From assembly GCA_002633005.1 (NCBI GenBank), contig NMRA01000174.1, positions 530,832 through 594,831 of the forward strand: a DNA stretch of 64,000 bases, in the 5' to 3' direction. Under the pieces are notes generated by a model, which saw only the letters and a program-made list of their open reading frames with translations, was not told the DNA's origin and ran no database searches. The stretch is from Phoronis australis (lineage: Eukaryota > Animalia > Phoronida). The translations under genes and the position numbers were made by a program. Positions 41,601-56,600 of the stretch are shown here, piece by piece; positions within the stretch are counted from its first letter, which is position 1, and every line of letters begins with the position of its first letter.

Positions 41601-44600
41601 TCTTTATCCTCACTTGGCATGCATTCCACAGACATGAGAATCTCATGAAAAGCCAAGAACATGGTAGACTTTACGAGATATTGTCATGTATAACAAGTGA
41701 CACACGTGATCACCTCAGCTTCTTCAGTGAGATTCTTGTATCTACAAAACTCTATCCCGGCTTTACTAACACATTTCAGTTATGCAACACTCTGGAGATG
41801 TTTTCTATACCTTTTGAATAATTGCAATATATGTTGGTATCGAGATGCTCAGAGTACAGAGCTCTATTTTTTAAGATAAGATATGTTATGAAACTTTCTG
41901 GTGGTTGATGTTATCAATTTTACAAACACCAGGGTTTTTTGACAATCATTTAGCCTTGGGGTTATTTAGTAACCCTAAAAATTGACTTCAACTACGAAAT
42001 TATTGTTAGCTCATAAGACCTTGGACTTTGTCCTGACTACTTTCATTTGAGGACTAATCTTTTGAACACTTTGTAATACTTAGGATCACTATGACTTTGG
42101 AATGACTACTTTCATTTGAGGACTAATCTTTTGAACACTTTGTAATACTTAGGATCACTATGACTTTGTCCTGACTACTTTCATTTGAGGACTAATCTTT
42201 TGAACACTTTGTAATACTTAGGATCACTATGACTTTGNTGAGGACCAGTTTTCACCAATGAGTAACTAGTTCTCAAAATCTGGGACACCGGTAAGTGACT
42301 ATTGCCGCACTTACTGTCTGAGCTCCACACCCGGAATAGAGTGTGGTTTACTAAGCGTGTGATTAAGTTTTAAATTTTGACTTTGATTACAAATGTTACT
42401 TTCTTTAGAATACCAAGGGCGTTGAAAGCAATAATAAGGTGATGGGCCTGTTAACATTGTGTTCTTTTTGTTCTCTTGTGTTATTTTTTATGTCACGCAA
42501 TCACTAATAAGCTGTTTATTTTACTTAATTTGCCATTAATAAAAATTAAGTTGCTTGTTGAAAACATTTTGTTTAACGGAGATATAATCGACACTCCATT
42601 CAATACAAAGTTATACTTTTTGATGCTTGTATGTAATTGACCAGTGAAAAATATACACTGATCTGTTCTTTTTAATGACTTCAGGTTCCTGTTTGAAGGC
42701 AGAGATATCAAACTGAATACAACTTGTGGGGTGTTCATTACAATGAATCCAAGGTAAGTCTAAGTCAAGCACACACACATTGTGCTGTTACTGCCAATCA
42801 CTCATGTCAAAGTATGTTATGTTATGGAATTGTAGCTTTGTTAGAGTTGTATATGCTCACACTTTTAAGTAACTCGAGCCAATTCTATGTCTCCATGGTG
42901 AAACTTAATTGTATAATTCTTCTATTGTTCTGCATCCAACGTCTTGTTGAATAGCTGTCACTTGAAATCATTCCCAACATCTTTGACTATTTCTATCCAC
43001 TTCAGTATGAAACTTTCATAAATTGAATTTATCCATAAGTTTGTAAACTGGTGGCACTGAGAGCAAGTGATTGAAACGCATCAATCTTTAACCCTGTTCA
43101 CCTCTTATTTGGCAGAGATAATGACGGTGTTCTGTTTTACTTAGTTACGCAGGGCGTGTTGAACTCCCTGACAATCTGAAGTCTCTGTTCCGCTCCGTAG
43201 CCATGATGGTGCCGGACTATGCCATGATTGCTGAAATTATGCTCTTCTCAGAAGGGTTCACCGCCGCTCAGTCACTGTCTGGAAAGATTGTCAACCTCTA
43301 TCAATTGTCCAGCAAGCAGCTCTCTCAGCAGGTGAGACACCTTTTTTGGCTTTGCTGTATGCCGTCTTTGTCATTTCTGTATCCTCACTTAGCGTGCATT
43401 CCATAGACATGAGAATCTCATGAAAAGGCTAGACTTTGCGAGATATTGTCATTTATTACAAGTGAAACACGTGATCACCTCAGCTTCCGTAGTGAGGTTC
43501 TTGCATCTGTTCTACAAAACTCTATCCTGGTGTTACTCCCAAATTTCAATTATGCAACACTCAAGAGACGTTTCCTATACCTTTTGAATATAGGCAACAT
43601 ACGTTGGTATCGAGATGCTAAGGGTACAGAGCTCTATTGCTTGAAGATAAGATATGTTATAAAACTTTCTGGTGGTTGATGTTATCAATTGTACAAACAC
43701 CAGGGTTTTGACTATCACTCAGAAAAAGAAAGTGAGAATCTCACTGGATTCCAGTTAGATTCCAGTTAGATTCTCACTAAATCACCAATTATAGTTAGAA
43801 ATGCCAGTGAGAACCCAGTGGGAATTGAACAACAGGGGCAGTCAGTGAGAAAATGGTGAGAAAATGTTATGTGACAGTGAGAATCCAGTGAGAATTTTGG
43901 TCTTAGAAAAATTCTGAGTGAGAATCAGTGAGAATTTCAGACTTAGGAAAAATCTGAGTGAGAATTGAGTGAGAATTTGGACTTGCCAAAATTGGAGTGA
44001 GAATTCAGTGAGAATCTAAGATAAACAAACACCCTGATTGGCTGTAACTGTAGAAATTTCAGTTGAACCAGATTTCTGAATTCAAACTAAAATGGCGCCT
44101 GAGGAATGAGCAGTTGGAGAAATAGCTTGAAGATTGTTGATGTTTTTCTCACAAATATTCTGAAATTACTGAACAGTTTGTCTGCAAGTCAACCACAGGT
44201 GATCCTGCACTGATTTTGCGTGTTAATAAGCTTAAGGTTAGTACATTTCCTACATCTAGTAGAGTGCATGAAGCACCAGTATTAGGCTGATGTCTTCATT
44301 CTGTGTTGACAGCTGAGTTTTCAGTATTTTGCTGATTCACCAAAGGCATTATAGTTATTATTTTATGTCTGCTATATTTCACAATTAGCAATTATTAAAT
44401 TGTATCCTTAGTCAAAGTTCAAGATAAACTCACAAAAATAAGCAGTGTTTTGGTTACCAAAAAGGTTTGATCTCGATTCTATTCAGTCAGTGGCTGAAAA
44501 GGCACACACAAAATTTTCTAAGTTCAAAATTCTCACCCAGTGAGATTTTCACTCAGTGAGAATTTCATTAACACATTCAAATTCTCACTAATTTGCATAG

Positions 44601-47600
44601 CATTCCTATTGAGTTAGAATTTCAGTAAGACAAATTCTCACTGAGTGGGAATGCTATGCAAATTAGTTAGATTCTCACTGAATTCTAACTGGAATATCAC
44701 TGTATTCTCACTAGAGTGAGAATTTTTTTCTCACTAATTTAAATGGCATCTTAATTAGTTAGATTCTCACTGGAATCTAACTGGAATCCAGTGAGATTCT
44801 CACTGGCTTTCGGGATTAGAATTTCCTGAAACTTTTTCATAAGGGTGGGTTTATTTAGTAACCATAAGAATTGGCTTCAACTGCTTAATTATTGTTAGCT
44901 CATAAGACCTTAGTCTTTGTCCTGACTACTTTCATTTGAGAACTAAGCTTTTGAACACTTTGTAATACTTAGGATCACTATGACTTTGGAATGCGCGCCA
45001 TCAAGTCAGTTCTGGTGATGGCTGGCCACAGGAAGCGTAACATCCAGATGGAGGATCCCAACTCTGTTATGTCTCAAGAAGAAGAGGCTCACATCCTGAT
45101 CCACGCCCTCAGGGATGCCAACCTGCCCAAGTTCATAGCTGAGGATGTGCCGCTCTTCGAGAGTATTCTGGCAGATCTGTTCCCAGGAATCTCACCTCCA
45201 CAGCAAGACTTGGGGCTACTAGAGGTTAGTAGTCTGTCAGATAATGTTGATGTTTAGGTAATCATAAGTACCGCTGAATGGTTTTTGATTGGCTCTTATG
45301 TTTAGGTTGCGTTCTGGGCATAATGAAACACTTGCATTTATTAACTTTTCTGCCCATGTGCTTGTGTTTGTCGCTGACTTGGAAGTAAAATAAATCCAAC
45401 CTCTCTATAATTTTGTTTACTTTTTTAAAATGATTTACAACATACTAAACAACCATCTTAATTTTAACGTCTTAGTCATGCAACTGTACATCTCACATTT
45501 CTTCTACATTCTAGGTGTTTCAGCATGTTGTAGTTGTTTAGTTTGGAGAGCATGTTACATCTCACTTCACATTAATTTGAAATTAGAAAGTCCGCCTCAT
45601 TGTGTCCTATTTCTTTTGCCAGAAAGCCATATCAATGTCTGTAAGGGATTGTGGTCTCCAACACTGGTCGTCCCAGATTGATAAGGTCAAGCAGCTCTAC
45701 AGTCAGATCCTGGTCCGCCATGGGGTCATGCTGGTTGGTCCAACAGGGGGCGGTAAGACCACTACACGCAACATCCTGCAGAGGGCGCTAGTTTTGTTGC
45801 CTACCCTCTCAGCTGAAGGCAAGGACAATCAGGAAAAATCTAAGCTTGTTGTAAGTTTGCATTTTATTGTCTCAATGAAATTTTTGGCTAATTTATGCAT
45901 TTCAGATTATTGGCTTTACAATTCAAGAATGATTTATAGGCAAAATTTAATGACTGGTTTTAAAAACGCTTTAAAATACTTGTCGATAACTTACCTGGCA
46001 ATAAGTCACTCTGGCTTTGAGTCTGGATCCTTTCAGAGCTTGTAACTCAAAAATCGAACAAACACAAATGATGTGAATAATATAGAACTTCCGTCATTAT
46101 TCATTTGTCTTTCTTAGAAGAGTTGGCTAAGATGGGGCAGTAACTTTTGAAATCTCTGTGAGACATGCAGGTGCTGAATTAACATGTAATTTGGCATAAG
46201 GTGTATTTGCTTCAACTTCCAATTATGATGTTACAAAATGTTTTGTCTATTAGTAACTTAGTTGATAAAAGCACACTGTAATTTGTTTTGATGGCGATGA
46301 TCGTTGAACTGTCATATAGTCTGCTTGTTGAGCATCAGTTGTTAAACAGTGGTTACGAAAGAAATGAACTCGAGAGTTCACAACGAAAGTAGTCAACAAA
46401 ATAATAGTTCAATCTAAAAGAGCAGGTCCAATTTCTGGCAGATACTGATGATTGCTTTTTGATTGATGGTTGAATAAATCACCAACATTTTTAGTCCTGC
46501 AACATCCAATGTATGAGAAAGGTCTTACTGTTTTATAGATTAAACAAGTCATTAATTTATTAATAATATTTTTACTATAATATCAATGGAAACAGTCATC
46601 AGTATAACAAGAAAACTTTGTGAGTTCTCTGCTATACATATTAATGTCTTAATTGACATAATACTTTCAGCACAATCGTTCTAAGAAGGGCGTGGTTGAG
46701 ACCTTCACTATCAATCCTAAGTGTGTTAAACTGGGTGAACTCTATGGTGAGACAGACCCCAATACATTTGAGTGGACGGATGGGTTGATAGCCACAGCTG
46801 TTAGACGATTTGCACGTGAAGCTGCCAACATTTCAGCCTCCAATCCATCTTTGGATGACCAGTCTCTTGGCACAGTCACTCCAGTGGCCTCTGCTTACGG
46901 AAGAGAGGTGTGTACTGTAATTTTATGGAAGGAATTGAGGAGAGATTTGAAGTGTATTCTTTACACATGTCGGAGTTATGTTTTTGTGACTTTTTTGAAA
47001 AAGCATTCTCACTGTTATAAATGCACTACTGACTGGATTAAGACTTTGTGAATTCAATTTTGAAGAAAAAATTATATCATTTTTCACACTTACTTTGAGA
47101 TCAAGCCATTATAAATCTACATTTTAGTGTGCTCAAATGAAGGTGTCTTTGAACTGAAATTCACTAAATGTGCTTATAAATGATTGATTTACTAACATAA
47201 AGTCACATTTTCAACCGACTTTATTTTGGGTAAAACAATAAAATGTTTGAATTTTTAAATTGTGGTCACAGAAGATGTTCTGTTGCCATTCATAAAAGTG
47301 CAATCGTATGGTTAAATTGTCTGAATAGTTTGAGAGACAATTGTAATGTGAATGTTATCTTGCAGTCTCAACGGGCTAGCGCCAACAGTCACCATCCTAC
47401 AGGAGCAGAGACACCTGTTGGCCAGCCCTCTCGCTCAGGCAGCACCAAACTATCAGAGTCGGCTGAGGACAGTGGAAGCGACCATGAGAGAGTGCCTAGT
47501 GAATGGCGCTGGTTGGTGCTCGATGGGCCCGTAGATACATTGTGGGTTGAGAATTTGAATACTGTGCTCGACGATTCCAAAGTTTTGTGTCTAGCCAATG

Positions 47601-50600
47601 GAGAGCGCATCAGTCTGGGTCCTGGAATGAGGCTTCTATTTGAGGTGGATAATCTGGTGGAAGCCAGTCCTGCAACTATCAGTCGTTGTGCTATGGTCTA
47701 CATGGTAAGAGGGTGAAGTACTTTTATTACTCATGAAGTGCTATTAAAATATCACGAACTGGTAATTGTCTATTTATCCAGCCACTCGTAATAAATTAGC
47801 TCTATCTGTCTGTATTTTTTATCAGAATAGTTTAGCTACTACATGCTACAGTGCATGTTGTTTGTTTTACGTGTATGCATATTCAAGTTAAGATTTCATT
47901 AAACAAGCAGATCAGTAATTTTATGTCATGTTAAATTTCATGTTCATGAATAAAAACTGGCGAAAAGGGCACCATTTCTGGAAGGATTTAAGGGGGGTTA
48001 TGCTTTGTAATTAAAAAGTATAATTCAATAACTGTCAGTATGATGACTTCAATAGATGTTTTGGGTCCTATAGTGACTATTTTTTTTCTTTTTTTATTTC
48101 TGGTTCCCTTGGGATGTGTCAAAGTGAAATAATATGAATGGCTGTTTGTCTCTTTGAACTACTGTTAAACTTTTGTAATAAGTGCTTTATTTCATTATAA
48201 CAAAAACAGAAACCATAGTTTGATGAAATTTGAGGTCACTTTAAAGCTCAGTTTTATTACAAAAAAGTTTTACATAAAATTATGAAGTGTCCCTACCTTA
48301 GCCTCCCTGTCAGAAACCTTTCTATAAATATTTCCTGCCTTCCAGGACCCTGTCGACCTTGGCTGGACACCCTTTGTTAAAACATGGATTTCTCGCCTTC
48401 CTCGTGATCTTCCTGAGAGTGGCCGTAACTTCCTGTTAGATATGTTCAACACATACCTGGAGAAGGGTCTCAACTTCTGGAAGACATACGCCAAGCACCA
48501 GCTGGTGCCTGCACCGGAGATGAGTATCGTCATGAGTCTCTGTCACATACTATCTGCGTTTCTTGACTTCATGGACAAGAATGGTGGCTTTGGGCAGCCA
48601 GGTGAGCGATGGATAATGATGTGTTGGACTATACCAGTTAAGTTTGGTTAAAAAAGTACTCAGGTGTCCTGATGCCCTTTGCATTGCAGCAAGTCTTGTT
48701 AGGCCACAGCTACGGGCCCATTGCACTGATGTTTTGATTATGGCTTTAGGATTTCTCAGCATTGGCTCCCCTTGGGAAAAGCTTCCAATATTCCCATGTT
48801 TCTCAGGAACCAATTTCCCGTGGTTGGTAAGTGGTAAGATGAACATTTTTCGGTATAGCATAGAATAGAGTGAACAAATGAAGTTTCACTTAAATGCCTT
48901 TCTCCACTGCACAATTTAGCCAAATGTCCTAAAATGCATTCTTATCAACCAGATAAAGAGCCTGTACAGACAGCCAGGCCGGGTAGTGGTGCTGGAAGTG
49001 ATCGATCAAAGGGATCCAGCACCAAGGAAGAAAAGAAGAAGGCAAGAGCTGCTGCCAAGCAGAAGACGAACCTTAAAACAATTGATGAGAGTGGGGCTAA
49101 GAAGACACACAATAAAGACCAGATGGGGTAGGTTGATGCTTGCAGATGAATTTTGATTGATGCATTGTCATCACTTGTTAGTGCTTGTTGTTTGTTACTA
49201 CTTTAGCGCAAGTTGTTTGTTTGATTAAAAAACTCTGGGACCAAATGCCTCCACAAAAAGTTATGTAAACAAGTCTTATGAAATCAAATCTTAATTGTGA
49301 GAAACCCAGGTGCCGAATAAATGTAATATTAAGTATATAAACTGACTTAATGCCCTCATTCAGGTCCATGTTTTCATTCATTACCTTGAGTGTCACCAGC
49401 ATTACCTTGCGATACATTCTTAATTGACTTTTAATCCCCTGTTTTTAAATACTGTTTCCAGTTCAACAAAGCAGTACTACCTTCAGAAGAACCCAACCCA
49501 ATTGATCAACATGCTTGGCAAGTTGTTTGTCTTTGCCTTCACGTGGAGTGTTGGGGCCACATTCAAGAGGAGTGAGGACCTGGATGATGATGGAGGACTA
49601 ATAAGGAGGGACCAACAAGACAAGGGGGCCAATGAGATTAATCTCTGTTATGAGTTTGACAGTTTTGTGCATGAGACATTTGAGACTCCACCCCCTTTTG
49701 GTAAGAGTTTTTTGTGAGATTGTTTTTAAAAGTTTTATCCACCTGCCTTATTTGACATTTCAAAATTAAACTTGATAGAGGCATCTTTGCCACTATTCAA
49801 TTGATCTCAGCTTCCACTTTATTCCGAGACAAATTAAAAGCAAAGTCAATGGGCTGAAAGCATTATGGTTGGTAGGTTATTCAGAATAGGCTGGCCAATG
49901 CTCAAACACTAGATGGAGCTGCTGGTTGATACAGTAGTGGTTTTAATAAATGACTAGTATGTTATTTTCATTTTTTAATTCTTTGAAAATAAAGTCAACT
50001 TGGTTGTATGAATGGTAGCAATGTAGGGCGCAAATTCTGATTACTTGTGATCATCAATGTTTACTTGTCTTGTAAAGGTCTGATCTTAAAAGTTTTGCAA
50101 AACTTTACCAGAAATAAGTTATAGATTGTGGGAAGCACCAGACATGTAACATTTGAACATTTTACTCTTCCTTCCTGGTTGGACTTTTTTCTATTTCGTT
50201 TGGTTTTCTCGTTTTTTTACTAGAGGTGCTGTTTCTTCAACAGGTGTCCGTCTGCCATCTGGTAACAAGACCATCTACAGTTATTTTGTTGACATGGAGT
50301 CATCTGCTTTTGTGCTGTGGGACGACCTTGTACCGAAAACTAGGTCACTCATTGAGAAGGGAGCGATGATTTCCATGGCAGACGCAATGAGCGGTGGAGG
50401 AGGGGGGATGGACAAGCCCAAGCATGACTCCAACGAACTTGTCGTTACCGTAGATACCGTTCGCTACTCGTTTCTGGCCAGCCTGCTTCTATTGCAAAAA
50501 AACCCAGTGTTGTTGACTGGTAAGAATGTACCCAAAAATCTGCAGCTCTATTAGCTGTATATTGTTGTTATTTTGTTCAAAATTTTTATCATGTTTAAAC

Positions 50601-53600
50601 TAATGTGGGATTTTCATAAGAAAAATTTTAAAAATAATCGTTGCTTTGACAACCATGATGTGTTTTTGACTATAACTTTTTGACCATTTCGTGAAACCTT
50701 ATGAGATATTGACAAAAAACTGAGAGGTAGTGACTGTTTTTAATTATAATTTAACGGTGATAACCTTGTCACTGACAACATTGCTTTCTACAATGTTCTC
50801 AAAACATTCACGTTTTAACCTCTCTCTTTTAGCTCTCAAGTTTTTATTGTTACAAAAATTATATTATAATGCAATGTATTTTTGTTTTATCCAGTTGCTT
50901 ACTTTTTACGACATTTTGTTCAGTATTGCACTTCCATTAGATAGTTCTGTGCTCTTCTACATTCAACAGGTGAATCTGGTGTTGGCAAGTCGGCCATTGT
51001 ACATGACCTGCTAAAACGGCTCAGTCGAGAGGGTGGGACTACTTTCAAGCATGGTACAGTCCTGGGCAGTGTACTCAACTTTACAGACAAGAACGTCAGC
51101 CTGCTGGAGAACATCAGCAGTCTCACCAAGTCAGAGACAGATAAGAGTAAGTGATGGTCACTCTGTACAGACACCATTAGGTGTTAGAAACACGTCACCA
51201 GTATAACAAATTTTATTTAATCTGAACTCTGTTCTGCAAATTTTACTGTTTGCCGCTTGTGTTTTATGAACATTATTGTTTATTTTGTATCATCAAATTT
51301 CCTTACATTAGGAATCCATTTCACGAAAATTAGTAACAGTGTCTTTACGTTATCACATGTTATGTTGCAATTGTTGAACTATGTTGATGTCATGCCTGCC
51401 ATCAAACTTAAGACTTATGGCTTGTGCCACAGAATGGAAGTTTTCATCTTGTTCTGCAAAATACAATATGTTCACCTATTCCATCGTAAGCTTGTTGCAC
51501 TATCAATACTAACATGGTAATCTTCTGAGGTTGAATCGTCACGGTGAATATGAATTGCTTTCCATTATGACTGTCAGAGTTTAGCTTGAGTTTGGTTTGG
51601 CCAAAGTTGTGTAATTATGTTAGATCATCATAATGACGCTTTTGAAGGACTTATATATAGTGCTGCCTGACCATTTTAACTATACAGGCAGAAGTCCCCA
51701 GTATGTGTTGTCCATAGGCTACAGCTCCATCCTGTTCACAGGGTGTAACAGGTTAACCAGTTGATGCTTGCTTCTTTACCGTATATTGTTTGTAAACTTG
51801 GATGACCTCTTCAGGAACTATCAAGCTAACAGATGGATAGGACAATATTGTGCAGTTCACACTGGGGAGTTTCCATTCATATATTAGATGGATGTTGTCA
51901 TTAGTTTCCAAGTTTTTGGATGGCATAGTGGCAATTGGAGTGAAGATCAAACTGTCCTAATGTCCTTGAAAATATGGCTTTGTTTAAAAAGCATTATGCT
52001 TTTATAGTGACTTAAATTTTAAAAAAATCAAATTGTGGTTAAAAGTACTGTGTACAGTACAGTCACAGCAAAAATAAACACACAAGATAGTGTTCTCCAT
52101 CTCAATAGGTTATGGTATCTCATCGTAACTTGACGTTTCAGGTTGTGATTTCTTCACCCAACAATTATGGCAAGGAATTCCACTAACGCTCTTGTCATCA
52201 TGACTGGGTTATTTTGTCGATTCATTTTTTGCAGTTTGTTTTACATATATCTTTCATAGATGATCCTTTTTGGAAGAATTTGAGAAATCTGTTCTTGCCA
52301 ACTATCCTAACATTACCTTGTGCATTGTTAAAATATTCTCTTTAGTGACATGACTTAACATTCCCTGAATGGTTTTTAATTGATTTTTTTCATGGTGGTT
52401 TAATCAAAGAAGTTAGAAACCTAAACAAGTCATACTATATGCATAGCACGATGTCTTTCTCTGGTGACAAACTAGATTAGTCATGGTTTACACTTTACCA
52501 TGTATGATATATGACAACTTGTTTTTCCTCAGAACCAAGAAAAAATAAAGGTAACTTGTGTCTCCTCAGCTTATGTTGCATTTCCCAAATGTTTCCACAG
52601 AATATTGGAGTGTTTCATTGTTTCATCATTTCATGTTCAATTTCCCCCATATCCTTAACTAATCAAGTTCCATTTTGCCATCTGTTCACATTATTTAGGG
52701 ATTTCGCAAGATATTTCATATTTTTAAAATAAAATGCTTGAATTACTTTTAAAATTTACCACGCTGCAAGATAATTTGCAAAAATATTACTGAGCTGCTT
52801 GCTTTGAAGTCCTCTTTTCAAAATTCACATTAATTCGTGTGTTCTTTCTCTTTCATATCTGTGTTGATATTGAAAATCCCTCAGAAACTCTTGTGATACC
52901 CCTTTGAACTTCACTGCTTGTAATTCCAAGCTGCTTTTAATTATATGGCAAATCTAGAATCTAAAATTTTGTTTTGTATAGCTACATGATATATATAATT
53001 GTGTTCCATTTAAACTAGGTACACTGTTGTCAAGGTGTTTGTTAAAGCTACATTCAATTTTTTCAGTAATGAAATAAAAAATTTGAAGTTATGCTTTAAA
53101 TGTTGTATTTATTGAGTAGTGATTGTTTTGAAATGACTAAATCTATTTTATTATTAACTGATTCATTGCTATATCTATCTCTGGATCACTTGTATCTAAA
53201 AGGTCAATGCTCACAATCTGATGAGCTGTGTGTAACAATGTTTTAGAAATAATTCACAATGTGTGTGTCTCCTCTTCAGATGCAGAAAAAAGTTCAGGTA
53301 ACTTCACTGGTGACCCTTTTATCCCTGAATACTGTTGTTCACTGTACAAACTTGCATACCTGATCCTTTACACCTTTCGATATTTTTCAGTTCCATTATA
53401 GTCTATATTTGAAAATTAAGGTGATTGTCAACCTTCATCGATTTTGTTCCAAAATGCAATTTTCACATATTGTATGGAATATCTGTTTTTCATTACTATC
53501 CATAAAATATATTTCCACCATCATTTATGCATGAAATACGGTAGTTGGTGAAAACAACTTCTACATGGCAATTCTTTACTGGCCATTTCAGGCCTTAAAC

Positions 53601-56600
53601 TTCCATTTTTCTTTAGTGTGTGGGTCGATTTGCGTTTAATTCCGCAAACTTTCTTTCTGTTTTATAGCCAAAGGAATGAGAGAACCATGTCTCATTTTTT
53701 TTTTGTTTTCGTTTACATGGCAGGAGATATTGGCCGCCAAAAATGAAGACTTGGAACATTATTTAAAAGGGGACTTCAATATGTGACATCTGTTGTTTGA
53801 ATGTATATAAAAACACAGTTCCCTGTGTGTTTACAGTAAGAATACATACTGGTAATTACAACAAAAAGTCTGTCGCAGTTTAAGTTTCAAAAAGATAATG
53901 TTATTGTTATAAATCATAGTGTGAAGTTTTGAAGCATGGATTAAGATTTTTCAGTCACTTTTTATGAGTTGAAAATGTTGATGAAACAGGACCGAACTTT
54001 GCGAGGGTTGACATTTACCTAGACTTAGTTATTAAATTATGTCAGGTTTAGATTAGTCTCATGTGCCACAAAGTATTTTGATTTTTTTTGTGTTTACATT
54101 TTTCCTCATTTCTCTGTATACTTAACACAGTTATGTGCATTACTCCTTACACTCCATTTCTGTTTCTATGTTGGTCAACATACACCATGATATGTACTGG
54201 GGAATATTTTACGGCTGTTTTAAGTGACTACTATTATTAGGAAAATAGCAGTGTTTCTATTTTAAATTCATTTTGTTCATAGCATCCTATTACTTATACT
54301 TTCTTGTAAGCATATATGGCCAAACAGCAGGAATTGGTCCTGGTCATTTTACCTAACATCAGGTGAGGCTGGCGGTAAAAAAAGAAAGATCCTGTCCCAT
54401 TTAAGCTGGTATGAGGTGACTTTTTTTAAAAATGTGGCAACTGAAAAACGTCGCAACTCCGCATCAGTTTAACAATAGTCCACAACCAATTGCACTGTTT
54501 TCTTTGGCCTAATATGTTCATTTACTTGTCTACTCCTATTTTTCTCTTTTATTACATCCAGTGTTTGTTCAAGTTCTTGTATTCGTGTCTTCCTCAATGT
54601 AATACGATTGTTCATAGTTCCTGTCTAATGTCACAAAATTTGTAGTTAAGTTTTAGATTCTGATAGCTTACATTTTAATGTTTTTTCTTGATGTTGTTTA
54701 GTTTCCTTAGATGTTATATGGATACTGTTGTATCCTTCCACTGGCCATCAGGGTTGGTTTATGTAATAAACATGATGAGGCGAAGACTAAAATCTTCAGA
54801 TAATACTCTGTAATAACCAGAATGCAACAACAGCCCACGAGACACAGCCTGTTCAAACGAAAACTAGCTGTGAAAAGACTGCCTCAATTTAAGGTTACGC
54901 AGGACCCTAGAAAAATGTCCAAATTTGGCCAAATTTGAGACATCATATCTCAGAAACTGCAGTGAGTGGAATCACATGAAAGTTTCAGATACTATTTTTT
55001 ATGCATTGATCTCCAAAACTCTTTTAGGAATTGTTTTTAAAATGTCTCCTTTTTGCATGAAGGACTTTTAAACTAAAAAATAGGACTTATGATTTTCATG
55101 AAAAAACAAAATGAAATGATATTTCAGAAATCTGTAACAGCGTTTTCAAGATCTCATCTTGAACATTTGTATCAAGTAAAATTTAATCATGTTATTGATA
55201 CCATTGTTTTGGTATTCATGTTCCTTCCTTTTTTACTGAATTTTACTAAACAAACATGGTCATGTGACCCAATTAATAATAGATTGGATAATGGTAAAAA
55301 ACAAATTTTACAGTCTCTACTTTCTGAAAATACATACTTTTCCTGATTTAAAATCTGTGGTTTTGTAGATATTAGGTTAAATATGCCCACAAGGTTCCAC
55401 ACAACCTTAACTACTACCCGGTAATTCATGGCTCACTGCGCACAGTCACAAAGCAGTGGTTCTGTATTGTATATTTTTGTCAGTGATTATTTCTGTATTT
55501 CAGCATCTACTTATTTCTCCTTTCAACTTCGTCCATTCTCTGTATGATTCACCGAAGCCCACCTTTGTTTTTCCATTTCTGAATGTGTGTTTTATATTTG
55601 TGTCTTGTGTTTTGTGGTTAGATTCAGATGACTCAGAATTTCCAGGTAGTATGTTATGTGTTTTGCCAATGCGTACCTGTTATAACACCCATTTTCCATT
55701 CTTATCTCTTCACTCTTCATTGTTGCTGCATAAAAGTCATCAAAGTTGCTTAAGCCCATGTCATTTTATTCATGCGAATATTCATGAGAGGCAATACAAG
55801 GTTGTGATTGGTCAGTGCTCATGCAAATGAGTCATGTGATGTAAATGATGACCATCTGATTTGTATCCATGCAAAGCAGAACATATGTTATTGCTGTCCA
55901 GTTCTGCTTAAAGGGGCATTTCACCACTGTTTAGCTGTCCATGTTGAATTCTTTTATGAAGTAAATTGGGGTTTAATAACGTTACCATGCTCATCCACTC
56001 TTGAATTATTGCCAAATGAACTGGTACCCTAAGTTCCAGGTATTGCGTACATGTGCCATTTTTGAATTTATGATTTTATTGTTGACTCACCCCAATTAAC
56101 TGAGAACATTTTCTTGAGTCTCGGATGGTTTCAATGTATTTGCTGGTAACGGAAGTAAAATCCTGTTATGGCGAGGAATAATATTACGAGGTCAGTTTTA
56201 TGAGAGTAAAATGACCGATTCGATTTTCGTATTTAGTCAGCTAAACAGAACAAAATGCAGCTTTGAAATGAAATCTTGATTTGCCATTCATTGGAATTTC
56301 ATTTTTTCCATGAATTAATATGACGTTACGAATTAAAATTTTTATAAGCTATCAATTTCTACCGTTGACTGACTTTTTCAGGTGTGTGATATTTAAAATG
56401 AGTTCATTTTCTTTTATTAAGAAATGTCTTGCTTATGTTTATGAGCCTCTTCTCTATGCTGTTTCAATTTTCAGAAAGTTTGTGAATATCAAATTGTACC
56501 TTTGGATTTTCACTTTGAGAAAATTATTTCATTTTGAAATTACGTGTAACTAAGTTGTTGTTTGTTAACATTGAGTGAAATGCTTTCAGATTTTTAACAT

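Larger units (their letters stand above)
40447..44990 (+). repeat. Tandem near-duplicate 40447-~42100 / 42239-44990 joined by N
   Basis: Alignable copies containing exons 37-38; N at 42238. Confidence 0.93.

Noticed and set aside
42024-42237. 69-bp periodic repeat as a CRISPR-like or functional array
   Set aside because: It is a copy of the exon-39 acceptor region abutting an N.
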